Of a stretch of DNA of 35,390 nt, positions 35,071 to 35,390 are shown one piece after another. Within the stretch, counting starts at the first letter, position 1, and the number at the start of each line of letters is the position of its first letter. The DNA comes from Nemertoderma westbladi (lineage: Eukaryota > Animalia > Xenacoelomorpha), in contig JAUCBJ010008161.1 in the NCBI GenBank assembly GCA_032718475.1, positions 1 through 35,390 of the forward strand, written 5' to 3'. The position numbers were made by a program, and so were the translations under genes. Under the pieces are notes generated by a model. The model saw only the letters and a list, made by a program, of their open reading frames with translations. It had not been told where the DNA came from and ran no database searches.

Positions 35071-35390
35071 TATGTCATGAACATAACAATAAACTATGTA
35101 AAACCGGAACCGGTACTAAAATACTGAAATTACCGTAATTAATAAATTACCGGTACCTTTATCATTATTATTATTATATTATGTGGGTGGAGACACCGCT
35201 GTCATAAAGCGTATAAACAAAACTGCACATAATAAAACAGGAGAAAGTTGAACAGTGAATAAAACAAAACGACTTATACATTGGACTACTTTATCACAAT
35301 TCAGCAATTAGGCCTATCATATTTACAACTGTGGGTACATATCACAGAATCAGTGAGTCAGTACCTAATGCTGTAATGTAGTATAATACC

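Overview
AT-rich, repeat-dense eukaryotic window, most likely a bilaterian invertebrate (inferred from a metazoan-type HIP1 and CTCF-like motifs). Two convincing host genes, both with uninterrupted coding sequences: a short cold-shock-domain protein (1497-1763 +) that looks more plant/algal than animal Y-box, and a 988-aa HIP1/HIP1R/Sla2 homolog (30034-33000 -). The rest is nested mobile DNA: RTE-like and CR1/L2-group LINE fragments, a tRNA-derived SINE, foldback MITEs, a piggyBac-like element, a Helitron/Helentron-like element and a 67-bp G-rich minisatellite. The best candidate for a novel system is a 3.56-kb element (18983-22541) with AGTAGT termini and ~570-bp TIRs, resembling a miniature non-autonomous Maverick/Polinton. 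It carries a C2H2 zinc-finger/acidic-tail ORF with a triple-CCAAT promoter, an array of 22-bp palindromes and two CTCF-like sites. The Helitron-like element separately carries seven CTCF-like sites at ~147-bp spacing. All calls were made by eye; no database searches were run.
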